Below are positions 27,827-36,753 of a DNA stretch of 64,000 bases, one piece after another. The DNA comes from a virus. Its lineage: Duplodnaviria > Heunggongvirae > Uroviricota > Caudoviricetes. The translations under genes were made by a program, and so were the position numbers. The stretch's first letter is position 1. The number at the start of each line of letters is the position of its first letter. Location: the IMG/VR virus record IMGVR_UViG_3300028840_006732; one strand, given 5' to 3'. The notes under the pieces are model-generated. The model ran no database searches. It saw only the letters and a program-made list of their open reading frames with translations, and had not been told where the DNA came from.

Positions 27827-28061
27827 GCCTCCGTATCCGGTATCCTTGATGCAGTGACTTTGCCGCGGGTGTCGGCAGGTTAGGTGTCCCGGCGTAACTA
27901 GGATGTTTCGTCGGGCCTGGTACGTCACATGGCGGAAAGGCCGAGTGACAGGCGGGACGGCAGCACACCCGCTCGGCTGTCGTGTTGTTCCGGCCGCAAG
28001 TCGGAACCGAGGACCCGAGGTAGGGGATCTCGGGAAGTCACTCCTCCAAGGAGTCCGAGAC

Positions 28062-28397
28062 ATGGATGTCGGATTGCTCGCACTGGTCCTGTCTACTACG
28101 CTCCAGTGGGCCAATGCCATCATCTCCTTGGGCCTCTGCGTCCGCCGCTCGTTGGCCAGGTACTGCAACTACCGCGCCTGGATCTGGTGCTGGTGGCCGA
28201 TGAGCACGGCCTTCTTCTTGATGGCGATTCGTCGAACGGTCACTCTGGTTCACTGCGTGGTTCACCAGCACACCGGCGATCCTACCGCCGAGTTCATCGC
28301 GCTGATGATCTCCTTGTTGATGTGCAGTGGCCTGGTGGGGCTCTGGCTTAGAATGGGTGCCGAAAAGAATGGAGGCTGCGATGCCGGAGGTGACTAA
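28062..28397 (+). CDS. small multi-pass membrane protein
   Basis: AAGGAG 8 nt upstream. 3 hydrophobic helices. Confidence 0.55.
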   Translation: MDVGLLALVLSTTLQWANAIISLGLCVRRSLARYCNYRAWIWCWWPMSTAFFLMAIRRTVTLVHCVVHQHTGDPTAEFIALMISLLMCSGLVGLWLRMGAEKNGGCDAGGD

Positions 28398-28848
28398 GGC
28401 AGAGGTTCAAGAGCTGATCGAGCACGCCGTTGTGAAGCTCCGCGATGAAATGAAGGACTACATCGCGGAAAACTGCAAAGGCCACCGCAACTCGTTTCAT
28501 GCCACCTGCGAAGGACTGCGGACGCTTGTCCAGCAGCATGACATCTCTATCACCAAGCTCACGCAGCTTGCCGAGTCGGAGCGGAGCCTGGTGGGCACGA
28601 AGGTCGATGCCCTGACCGAGACGGTGAAGCGGCTGTGTCGCGTCATCGAGGGCAACGGCCACACGGGCTTTGCCACGCGGATGACGGTGGCGGAGAACGA
28701 ACTGCGAACACTTAACGAGGCCGCCGGGGAAGGCAGGCGCGGATGGCGGGAGGTCCTCATCCAGGCTCTGCCGGTGCTGCTGACCTGGGTCGGCTTCCTG
28801 GTCTTCTGGTTGATCTACACGATGGCCCAGTCGGGAGTAACGCCGTGA
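28381..28848 (+). CDS. hypothetical protein with C-terminal TM anchor (holin/spanin-like size class, function unknown)
   Basis: GGAGG 5 nt upstream. C-terminal TM helix ALPVLLTWVGFLVFWLIYTMA. Confidence 0.55.
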   Translation: MPEVTKAEVQELIEHAVVKLRDEMKDYIAENCKGHRNSFHATCEGLRTLVQQHDISITKLTQLAESERSLVGTKVDALTETVKRLCRVIEGNGHTGFATRMTVAENELRTLNEAAGEGRRGWREVLIQALPVLLTWVGFLVFWLIYTMAQSGVTP

Positions 28849-29411
28849 CCTTGATCTCCGTCACCGACGTGCCGTCTCCGGCCGTCCGCTGGTTCTACGA
28901 GCTGGGTTACCGGCTGCTCACCAAGCAGGCGGCAGATCCACCGAGGCCGGCGTACGTGCTCAGCGGCATGCTCTTCCACAAGCAGGGAGAGAACGGGGAC
29001 TGGATCATGCTCGGTGTCCCCAATGCCCTGGTCCGCGGCGTCTTCGCGGCGATGGACGAAGCGGGCGTGGAGCTGCCCCCCTCGGGCCCTGGGGAGCAGC
29101 TCGAAGCTCACATCTCGGTCATGCGACCGGAGGAGCTTGCCCGGATTGGCGGACCTGACCGAATCTCAGAGCGCGGCAAGCGGTTCCGTTATCGGCTCGG
29201 CGGTTTGGTCGAGGTCACGCCTCATGGTTGGCCCGAAATGTCGAAGTGTTGGATGCTGAGGGTGCACTCCCCAGATCTCCAACGGCTTCGTCGCTCGTAC
29301 GGACTCACGTCGTTGCCCAAGGACGGCCAATTCGATTTCCATATCACGGTCGCGGTACGGAGGAAAAGTGTCCTCGGACGGAACGAAAGTCACAAGGGAG
29401 AGACGAGCTAG
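28845..29411 (+). CDS. hypothetical protein
   Basis: GTGA start/stop overlap with the upstream gene. Confidence 0.5.
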   Translation: MTLISVTDVPSPAVRWFYELGYRLLTKQAADPPRPAYVLSGMLFHKQGENGDWIMLGVPNALVRGVFAAMDEAGVELPPSGPGEQLEAHISVMRPEELARIGGPDRISERGKRFRYRLGGLVEVTPHGWPEMSKCWMLRVHSPDLQRLRRSYGLTSLPKDGQFDFHITVAVRRKSVLGRNESHKGETS

Positions 29412-29587
29412 GTAGTCACGTCTTCGTTGCGCTTGATCGCATCGAAGACCTCACGTCGGTGGACAGGCACCTCCTTTGGTGCCTCGATGCCAAGGCGTAC
29501 TTTGTCGCCTCGGATCTCAACAACGACCACGGTGATGTCGTCGTTGATAACGATGCTCTCGTTCTTCTTCCTCGAAAGAACCAACAT
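29408..29587 (-). CDS. csrA: carbon storage regulator CsrA/RsmA homologue (RNA-binding post-transcriptional regulator)
   Basis: MLVLSRKKNESIVINDDITVVVVEIRGDKVRLGIEAPKEVPVHRREVFDAI aligns with E. coli CsrA ([48 protein letters not shown]). AAGGAG RBS on the minus strand 6 nt upstream. It is the only minus-strand gene in the window. Confidence 0.85.
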   Translation of the reverse strand: MLVLSRKKNESIVINDDITVVVVEIRGDKVRLGIEAPKEVPVHRREVFDAIKRNEDVTT

Positions 29588-29677
29588 CATGGACTCCTTC
29601 CTACAGTAGCCTCCGGTCACGACCGCATCCGATCTAAGAAGTATATCCCTCATGGGGGACATCGTCAAGGGTGGAAA

Positions 29678-31159
29678 ATGAACGAGAAAGTCGCCGATTT
29701 GTTGCTCCCGAAGGGCCTGACTCTGGCGGAGCTGGGGGGAGAGTTTGCCGGGCTTACCAAGCTGGCGGCCACCCTAACCGAGGCCAGGCAGGCGACTGAC
29801 ACCAATCCCTCTGAGGCCCAAGCCGAGGCCGGCAACTACCGCAAGGGGAAGTATTCCTGGCAGGGGCTCACCATCGTCATCGAGAACCCCAAGGGCTCCA
29901 TCCGATCCGGCGACGGCTGGGAGATCGAGATGCAGCACGACTACGGGTACTTCTCCCGTAGCGAGGGCAAGGACGGCGACCAGGTGGACGTCTTTCTCGG
30001 CCCCGATCGCCACAGTGAGCTGGTCTTCGTCGTCAACCAGGTCGACCCCGGCAGCGGCAAGTTCGACGAGCACAAGGTGGTCCTGGGGACAACTACCGAG
30101 GCCCAGGCTCGCAAGGTCTACCTGGCCAACTACGAGCGTGGCTGGAAGGGCCTGGGGAGCATCTTCCCGCTAACCGTGCCCCAGCTCAAGTGGTGGCTGG
30201 AGTACGGCAACACCAAAAAGGCCATCGAGGACGGCGCCTTCGCCAAGGCGGCGGAAGACACGGTCCAGGCCTACAAGCTCTTCCGCACCCTACCGACGCG
30301 GCCCGGGGAGCTGTTCCCGCTGTTCATCGACAAGACGAACCCGGTGCCCCGGGAGGAGTGGGTCGAGGCGGAGAACATCCCCACCGAGGGCTTTGCCCCG
30401 AGGCCCGGCTGGCACGCGGGAGCGCTGCCGTCCGCTCCGCATCTGCGGTCGAAGCGGGATCGGATTCAGCCCGGCCGGGTATGGGCCGAGGTCGAGCTGC
30501 CCGACGATGTCGACTGGCAAGCAGTCGCCGATGCGAGCCCGACCGGCGATGTCCGCGACCAGGTGCCGGAGGGTGGGCACTACCGGAAGAAGGCCCCGAG
30601 GATGCAGGGCGGTGAGTGGCTTATCGGCGGCGGCATGAAGATCCGCCAGGTCCTCTCCGACGACGAGGTCAGTGAAGTGCTGCGGCGGGCGGGGGAGGAC
30701 GACGCGGCGGAGAAGGAGCGGCAGGCGGCAGAGACGCCGGACGAGGAACTCCTCAAAACCGCTTTTGAGGTTCTCCAGAAGCTCGCGGCCGACGACGAAC
30801 ACATTCCCACCGTGGCCGTCGACCTGGACGGCACGATTGCGGTGAAAGAGGAGCCTTTCGATCCCAAGTCGATCGGCCCTCCTCGCCCCGGCGCCAAGAA
30901 GTGGCTGACGAAGTTCAAGAGCATCGGTGCCCGGGTCATCGTCTTCACCGTCCGCGGCGACACGGGGATGGTGAAGAAGTGGCTCAAGGAGAACGAGATC
31001 CCGTATGACTTCGTCAACCACAACCCCGACCAACCGGACGATGCTTCCGACAAGGTGTTGGCCGACGTCTACTGGGACGATCGCGGCGTGAACGCCGCCG
31101 GTCGCCTGGCGGATTCGGCTCCGACCGTGGTCGAAGAGTTGGAGGCAGCGGCGGCGTGA
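29678..31159 (+). CDS. multidomain protein: N-terminal inorganic-pyrophosphatase-like domain plus C-terminal HAD-superfamily hydrolase-like domain
   Basis: IVIENPKGS...DYGYFSRSEGKDGDQVDVFLGP...FDEHKVVLG parallels the family I PPase core (VVIEIP...NYGYI...DGDPVDVLV...KLVAVP). C-terminal VAVDLDGTIA...VFTVRGD...DVYWDDRG carries HAD motifs I-IV. Also contains palindromic motif copy 3 in-frame. Confidence 0.65.
   Translation: MNEKVADLLLPKGLTLAELGGEFAGLTKLAATLTEARQATDTNPSEAQAEAGNYRKGKYSWQGLTIVIENPKGSIRSGDGWEIEMQHDYGYFSRSEGKDGDQVDVFLGPDRHSELVFVVNQVDPGSGKFDEHKVVLGTTTEAQARKVYLANYERGWKGLGSIFPLTVPQLKWWLEYGNTKKAIEDGAFAKAAEDTVQAYKLFRTLPTRPGELFPLFIDKTNPVPREEWVEAENIPTEGFAPRPGWHAGALPSAPHLRSKRDRIQPGRVWAEVELPDDVDWQAVADASPTGDVRDQVPEGGHYRKKAPRMQGGEWLIGGGMKIRQVLSDDEVSEVLRRAGEDDAAEKERQAAETPDEELLKTAFEVLQKLAADDEHIPTVAVDLDGTIAVKEEPFDPKSIGPPRPGAKKWLTKFKSIGARVIVFTVRGDTGMVKKWLKENEIPYDFVNHNPDQPDDASDKVLADVYWDDRGVNAAGRLADSAPTVVEELEAAAA
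30751..30770. repeat. palindromic motif copy 3, CCTCAAAACCGCTTTTGAGG, inside CDS 29678..31159 (encodes LKTAFE)
   Basis: Exact 18-mer shared with copy 4. Perfect 8-bp arms. Confidence 0.7.
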
Positions 31160-31169
31160 GGAGGTGAAC

Positions 31170-31700
31170 ATGGACGTCACCTGGATTGCCGCGATGTTGT
31201 TGTCTGTCGTTCCGATGCCTTTGCATAAGGCACCGAAGCCGGCGCCCACGCCCCACCTGGCACCGCCGCGGCCGGCAGCGCGGCCCATGGTCCAGATTGA
31301 GTTCGAGTACGACATGGCCTGGACCGAGGGGGACTTCGTCAGGGAGATCGAGGGCGGAAGGATCGAGCCCCTGTGCGACTACCAGTGGTATGTCGTCTAT
31401 CGTCGCACGGGACCTGGTTTTCAGATGATCGGTACGGTCCGCGTCGGCAAGTTCATGAACTCCTACCCGGTCGAGGATTACTACGATCCGGATCGCGTTC
31501 TGCCCGACGACGACGAAATCATCTACGAAGACGGTGACGTGGTGTGGATCAAGCGTCCGGAAGGTGAGTGGCATTGTGAGTATCATGCCCTAAGGTTGTT
31601 TGGCAACGAGCGGAAGAGGTGCAAGGGCCTGACGAAGGCGGGGGAGATGTTGATCCAGAGCGTGCAGCGTAGATTCAACAAAAGGAGGCCGCAGCGATGA
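31170..31700 (+). CDS. hypothetical protein with N-terminal hydrophobic segment
   Basis: GAGGAGG 5 nt upstream. Confidence 0.55.
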   Translation: MDVTWIAAMLLSVVPMPLHKAPKPAPTPHLAPPRPAARPMVQIEFEYDMAWTEGDFVREIEGGRIEPLCDYQWYVVYRRTGPGFQMIGTVRVGKFMNSYPVEDYYDPDRVLPDDDEIIYEDGDVVWIKRPEGEWHCEYHALRLFGNERKRCKGLTKAGEMLIQSVQRRFNKRRPQR

Positions 31701-32332
31701 CCATTGAAGGCGCGTTCAGTTGGCTGTCGGAGCTGCTTCGTTACCTGGCCAAGTGGTTTCCTCATCCGATCAAGGTCACCCCTATCGAGCGCGTCGTGAA
31801 GCTGAGGACGACGTCGTTCTTCATGTTCTGGCGGAAAGAGTGGTGGAGTCGGTTCTACTGGCTGCGGGGTCCCGTCCCCAAACCGCAGGCGTTCAAGGCG
31901 GGTTTCTACTGGTACGTCCCGCAGCTCACGGACATTCACTCCTGGATGGTCGTGCCCTACCCGCTGGACATCGTCGAGAAGCCGGCCATGACCAAGGACG
32001 GCCAGGCCGTCACCGTCGACGCCACCGTGGTAGGCTACGTCCGGGCTCCGTTGCGGGCCTCGTTGAAGTGCCACGACCTGGACGAGATGGTCCAGACGCA
32101 GGCCATCCCCGAGCTGCGCTACATGGTCAATCAGAACACGCTGGCGGAGCTGGGAGACTATCTTGTCGAAGCTACTGTTGACGAAGACGTGACCAACGGT
32201 GTACGAGATCGTATGCAGAAGTACGGCTTCTACGTGGAAGAAGTGTTGGTGAGCGTCTGTCCCACAACGGCGATGCACCACGTAGGGCTCTCGATTCAAG
32301 CCAGTGCGACGGCAGGAAAGACCGACGAATGA
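31697..32332 (+). CDS. possible SPFH/band-7-domain protein (weak)
   Basis: AMTKDGQAVTVDATVVGYVRAP and IPELRYMVNQNTLAELG resemble stomatin/prohibitin-type motifs. ATGA overlap with the upstream gene. Confidence 0.45.
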   Translation: MTIEGAFSWLSELLRYLAKWFPHPIKVTPIERVVKLRTTSFFMFWRKEWWSRFYWLRGPVPKPQAFKAGFYWYVPQLTDIHSWMVVPYPLDIVEKPAMTKDGQAVTVDATVVGYVRAPLRASLKCHDLDEMVQTQAIPELRYMVNQNTLAELGDYLVEATVDEDVTNGVRDRMQKYGFYVEEVLVSVCPTTAMHHVGLSIQASATAGKTDE

Positions 32333-32928
32333 TCAAGTACGTGGACTTGGGCGCCAAGAACGCAGGTGCCTTGGCGGCGGCGATAAAACGGGGACCGAGC
32401 CGCGGGCTTCCTCGGGCCAAGCCTGAAGAGTGTATGGCGGTGGAGCGTGTGGCGGCGTATCGTCGGCCGGTCGAGAAGCGGGGCTTCCAGTTTGTCAGCG
32501 CCGACGTGCAGATGGGTTTCTCTTGGGAGCGGGCCGACGTCTATCTGGCCTGGAACTTCCTTGAGCATCTCAACAGCATCGAGGCCGCCCAGAAGGTGCT
32601 GACGAAGATGTTCGCTTTCTCGCGGCAGTGCGTGTGGCTCTTACTGCCGAGCTTCGAGGAAGCTGCCTTGAAGCGGCTGGCAAAGTTCGGCTACACCTTC
32701 AAGTGGGTCGACTGGAAATGCCACCGGGCGCACGTGCAGTTGAAGCACGTGGACGAGGTAGCAAAACATTTTCAGACTCGGATCGAGGCGAAGAAAGTCA
32801 TCAAACGCTGGGCCGTTCGCAACTGTGCAAACCTCAAACCGTTGAAGGGCCGCAAGCAGATCCCAGCCGATCTGGAACCGCCGTTGCCCGGCGCCTTGGA
32901 AGTGATGTACTATCTGAAGGAGAGCTAG
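32329..32928 (+). CDS. hypothetical protein
   Basis: ATGA overlap. High GC3. Confidence 0.5.
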   Translation: MIKYVDLGAKNAGALAAAIKRGPSRGLPRAKPEECMAVERVAAYRRPVEKRGFQFVSADVQMGFSWERADVYLAWNFLEHLNSIEAAQKVLTKMFAFSRQCVWLLLPSFEEAALKRLAKFGYTFKWVDWKCHRAHVQLKHVDEVAKHFQTRIEAKKVIKRWAVRNCANLKPLKGRKQIPADLEPPLPGALEVMYYLKES

Positions 32929-32936
32929 GAGATTTC

Positions 32937-33404
32937 ATGGATGTCGAAGTCGCGACCGTTGAGCACCCCCAGTGGATGAAGGCTTTAATGGAGGTCGTCA
33001 TCGAGTGCATGGAGCCGCTCAACATCATGGGCCCGCTGGGCTATCGGTTCCTCGAACCAGAGCATCCCGAGAACGAGTTCGAGGGTTGGCAGATCGCCGT
33101 GTATCCCACCGCTAACGAGGTTGTCGGCGGGGAACAGGACGGTTCTTTTCTGTTTCCCGGTTTCGCCCTGGACATCGACACAATGTTGGCTACATTTTCC
33201 TCAGTGGAGGGGGTTGTGTGGAATAACCCCGTGCATTATACTGGGGACTTGGACGGGCCGAATCTCTCCATCCAGGGGACTTTCACCGGCGTTCCGTTGT
33301 GGTTGAGGATTTTCCACTGGCCACCGGGCGACGAAGAAGCGTCCCTGCTCGTCGATCCTGCCAGCGGCGAGATTCGTGAGAAGAGCCGGTCCGTCTCGGG
33401 CTAA
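32937..33404 (+). CDS. hypothetical protein
   Basis: AGGAG upstream. The ORF track extended it 5' in-frame (32628). Confidence 0.5.
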   Translation: MDVEVATVEHPQWMKALMEVVIECMEPLNIMGPLGYRFLEPEHPENEFEGWQIAVYPTANEVVGGEQDGSFLFPGFALDIDTMLATFSSVEGVVWNNPVHYTGDLDGPNLSIQGTFTGVPLWLRIFHWPPGDEEASLLVDPASGEIREKSRSVSG

Positions 33405-33435
33405 ACCGGTGTGCAACTAGAACAGGAGTCGGAAG

Positions 33436-35766
33436 ATGCAACATGCTGTTGCTGCGTCGTCTGCGCGCGTCCCTCATGGGCGCCGCTCTCTCGCCCGAGG
33501 CAACGGGCACCATCCCTCAACCGTCACCAAGCGTGATGGGTCTGTCGTGGGTTACGATCGCCACAAGGTCTTCAGGGCGATCTACCGGTGTTTGGTCAAT
33601 TCCTGCAACTGGCCGCAGAACGATCACACCGACCACGAAGCCGATCGTGTCGCCGAGCAGGTGGAACAGCTCCTGCTCTTCCAGGACGGGAGCGTCACGG
33701 TCGAAGCAATCCAGGACCTCGTCGAGCAGCAGCTCATGGCGAGGGGTCACCACCAGGAAGCGAAGGAGTACATTCTCTACCGTGAGGAACATCGTCGGCT
33801 CAGGGAGGAGCGACCCGTGGACCCCAAGATTCAAGAAGCGTTCCAGGAGGGGTGTTCCCACTTCACTGGACCCAACCAGGCTGTTCGTGTCTTCCAGGCC
33901 TTCGACAAGTTCGCCCGCTTCGATTGGGAGAAGGGGCGGAGGGAGACGTGGCCCGAGTCGGTCGACCGGGTGCTCTGCTACAGCCGTAACCATGTTCATC
34001 GACGGTGCGGACCGGACGCCGTCGACGACAGCACCTGGCTCGACTTGCGGGACGCCCTGTTGAAGCAGGAAGCCTCGCCGGCGATGCGCTTGGTGCAGAT
34101 GGCCGGACCGGCGCTGGAGCGTTGCCAGACCGGCGTGTTCAACTGCTCGTTCCAGTTCTTGCAGAATCCGCAGGACATGGCCGAGGAACTCTACCTGCTG
34201 ATGCAGGGTTGTGGCGTGGGTTTCTCCGTCGAGTCGGCTCACGCTACGGATCGCTGGCCCCGGGTTCGTAAGCAGAAGCGGGGCCAGCCGACGAGGTTCG
34301 CGATCCCCGATACGACCGAAGGCTGGTGCGATGCCTACAAGACGGGTCTGGAGCACTGGCTGTCCGGCCACGACGTGGTCTACGACTTCTCGCAGATCAG
34401 GCCCGAAGGCTCGATCCTCAAGACCAAGGGAGGCCGCGCCAGCGGCCCTCAGCCGTTAAGGGACCTGCTGACTTTCGCCCGCAGCCGCATCCTCTCGGTG
34501 CAAGGCAAGCGGCTCTCGTCGCTGGACCTGCACGACATCAACTGCTACGCCCACCGTATCGTGCAGATGGGCGGCGTCCGCCGGGCCTCGGGGATCAGCC
34601 TCTCCGACCTGGACGACGACCTGATGCGCGACTGCAAGGCCGGGGAGTTCTGGAACCACAACCCGCAGCGGAACCAGGCCAACAACTCCGCCGTGTACGA
34701 CGAGCGTCCCGACGCCCTGACGTTCATGGAGGAGTGGATGTCCCTGGCCAAGAGCGGTTCCGGGGAGCGAGGCATTTTCAACCGGGGCGCGCTCAGGAAG
34801 CAGTTTCCCAAGCGCCGCAGCATGAAGGGTCAGATCTTCGGCACCAACCCCTGCGGCGAGATCAACCTTCGTCACAAGCAGTTCTGCAACCTCTCCATCG
34901 CCGTCGTCCGCGGCGACATCTCCGAACGGGAGATCTTCCGCCGCGTCGAGCTGGCCACCCTTTGGGGCACCATCCAGTCGTCGATGACGGACTTCTCCTA
35001 CGTCGATCCGCTGTGGAAGAAGAACTGCGAGGAAGAGGCCTTGCTGGGCGTGGACATGCTCGGCCACCTGGACCATTCGATGCTCCGTCCCGGAGCCACG
35101 GATCTGGCTCAGCGGCTCTCTGAGTTGAAGCAGCATGCCATCGACACGAACCGCACCTGGGCCCAGCGGCTGGGTGTCAACGAGTCGGTCGCCGTGACCT
35201 GTGGCAAGCCCTCCGGGGACAGCAGCGTGTTCTTCGACTGTGCCCCCGGCTTCAAGGCCTGGCACGGCCAGTTCTACATCCGTCGCGTGCGGGCCAACAA
35301 CACGAACCCCGTGGCCAAGATGCTCGCCGCCCAGGGTGTGCCCTGCCACGTCGACTACGACAATGCCGGGCTGCTGGTGCTGGAGTTCCCCTGCCGGGCG
35401 CCGGAAGGGGCGTTGCTGCTGGGCCAGATGACGGCCATCGAGCAGCTTGAGCACTGGAAGAAGTACAAGCTCCACTGGTGTGAGCATAATCCCAGCGTGA
35501 CGATCTACGTCAAGGACCACGAGTGGTTCGAGGTCGGCAACTGGGTCTACGGGAATTGGGACATCGTCGGTGGGTTGGCCTTCCAGCCGTTTGACGGCGG
35601 CATCTACCCGCTGGCCCCGTACGAGACCATCGACGAGGACGAGTACGAGCGGCGGGCCAAGGCGATGCCCGAGATCGAGTGGTGGAAACTGATCCGCTAC
35701 GAGGATTCGGATTACACCGACCTGGCGCAGCAGTGTGCTTGCGTTGGAGGCGCATGCGAAGTTTAG
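33436..35766 (+). CDS. ribonucleotide reductase, class II-like (NrdJ-like), with N-terminal ATP-cone
   Basis: ATP-cone VTKRDGSVVGYDRHKVFRAIYRCL. Catalytic TNPCGEINL motif, matching the class II NPCGE signature. 776 aa. Confidence 0.8.
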   Translation: MQHAVAASSARVPHGRRSLARGNGHHPSTVTKRDGSVVGYDRHKVFRAIYRCLVNSCNWPQNDHTDHEADRVAEQVEQLLLFQDGSVTVEAIQDLVEQQLMARGHHQEAKEYILYREEHRRLREERPVDPKIQEAFQEGCSHFTGPNQAVRVFQAFDKFARFDWEKGRRETWPESVDRVLCYSRNHVHRRCGPDAVDDSTWLDLRDALLKQEASPAMRLVQMAGPALERCQTGVFNCSFQFLQNPQDMAEELYLLMQGCGVGFSVESAHATDRWPRVRKQKRGQPTRFAIPDTTEGWCDAYKTGLEHWLSGHDVVYDFSQIRPEGSILKTKGGRASGPQPLRDLLTFARSRILSVQGKRLSSLDLHDINCYAHRIVQMGGVRRASGISLSDLDDDLMRDCKAGEFWNHNPQRNQANNSAVYDERPDALTFMEEWMSLAKSGSGERGIFNRGALRKQFPKRRSMKGQIFGTNPCGEINLRHKQFCNLSIAVVRGDISEREIFRRVELATLWGTIQSSMTDFSYVDPLWKKNCEEEALLGVDMLGHLDHSMLRPGATDLAQRLSELKQHAIDTNRTWAQRLGVNESVAVTCGKPSGDSSVFFDCAPGFKAWHGQFYIRRVRANNTNPVAKMLAAQGVPCHVDYDNAGLLVLEFPCRAPEGALLLGQMTAIEQLEHWKKYKLHWCEHNPSVTIYVKDHEWFEVGNWVYGNWDIVGGLAFQPFDGGIYPLAPYETIDEDEYERRAKAMPEIEWWKLIRYEDSDYTDLAQQCACVGGACEV

Positions 35767-35769
35767 CCG

Positions 35770-36393
35770 ATGGACGAGCAGTCCTTCAAGCCGCCGCGGG
35801 ATGCTCGCAACCCGCGAATCTGCGGCCCGAAGATTGTCCGGGAGCACCCCGAGATCCGCACCTACGCAGAACTCGGGGTGCTCTACGGTAGTTCGGCTTG
35901 TGCCGTCGCTGAAGCGATGGAACCGGGTGGCGACTTCCACCTGTTCGATTTCGAGGACATGCTCGATCGGGCCAAGGAGAGGGTTCAGCAGGCAGGCCTG
36001 GAGGACAAGCATCGCTGGCATTTCCACGGGAACTCTCGCCGGCTGAAAGACTCCTACAACTGGTCGCTGCTGCGGTTGCTGGAGGAGCCGGAGCCGCCGG
36101 TATTCGACTACGTCTTCCTCGACGGCGCCCACACCTACGACGTGGACGGGCTGGCCTTCTTCCTGGTCGACCTCCTGATGCGGAAGGGGAGCTATCTGGA
36201 GCTGGACGACTATCATTGGAGGCTCTCCAAGTCGCCCACAATGGGACCCCGCAGATTTCCGGCCATGGCGGAGTGGTACACCCGGGAGCAGCTCAAAACG
36301 GCCCACGTGGCCCAAATCGTCCGTCTCCTGGTCGAGCCGAGTGGCCGTTACGAGGCAGTCCGCAAGCGTCGATTGTACCGGCGGGCGGCGTGA
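35770..36393 (+). CDS. class I SAM-dependent methyltransferase-like protein (Methyltransf_24/TylF-like)
   Basis: ELGVLYGSSAC (motif I-like) and FDYVFLDGAHTYD. Confidence 0.55.
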   Translation: MDEQSFKPPRDARNPRICGPKIVREHPEIRTYAELGVLYGSSACAVAEAMEPGGDFHLFDFEDMLDRAKERVQQAGLEDKHRWHFHGNSRRLKDSYNWSLLRLLEEPEPPVFDYVFLDGAHTYDVDGLAFFLVDLLMRKGSYLELDDYHWRLSKSPTMGPRRFPAMAEWYTREQLKTAHVAQIVRLLVEPSGRYEAVRKRRLYRRAA

Positions 36394-36435
36394 ACCGGGT
36401 GGTCAGGCCTCGGCGGCTTCTGGTACACTGTTTGC

Positions 36436-36753
36436 ATGGAACGCGAGCATCTGATCCACGCGACCGTCCTCACCAAGAACCTGCTCAAGATGCGCCACCC
36501 TAAAGTGGACCCGAAGCAGGATGGCGAGGAGTACCTGAGCGCCAACAGGGGCGTCACGGTTGGCCACCTCTTCTGGATGTTGGAAGAGATTCCGAAATTC
36601 GTGGAGGCCGGCAAGCCGGGGAAGGCCATGCGGTGGCTCAGTTTCATCCACGGCGTGATGGTCACCGCCCGTGTTTCCAGCGTGAATGTGTTTCGCGAGA
36701 TGATGCGCGAGTCCGACGAGGAGACCAAGGATGGTAGCGGTGTTCTGGGATGA
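36436..36753 (+). CDS. small hypothetical protein
   Basis: ORF with protein-like composition. Weak RBS. Confidence 0.4.
   Translation: MEREHLIHATVLTKNLLKMRHPKVDPKQDGEEYLSANRGVTVGHLFWMLEEIPKFVEAGKPGKAMRWLSFIHGVMVTARVSSVNVFREMMRESDEETKDGSGVLG

Noticed and set aside
36281-36299. Additional copy of the palindromic motif (CTCAAAACGGC)
   Set aside because: Only a half-site with mismatches. Not counted among the copies.
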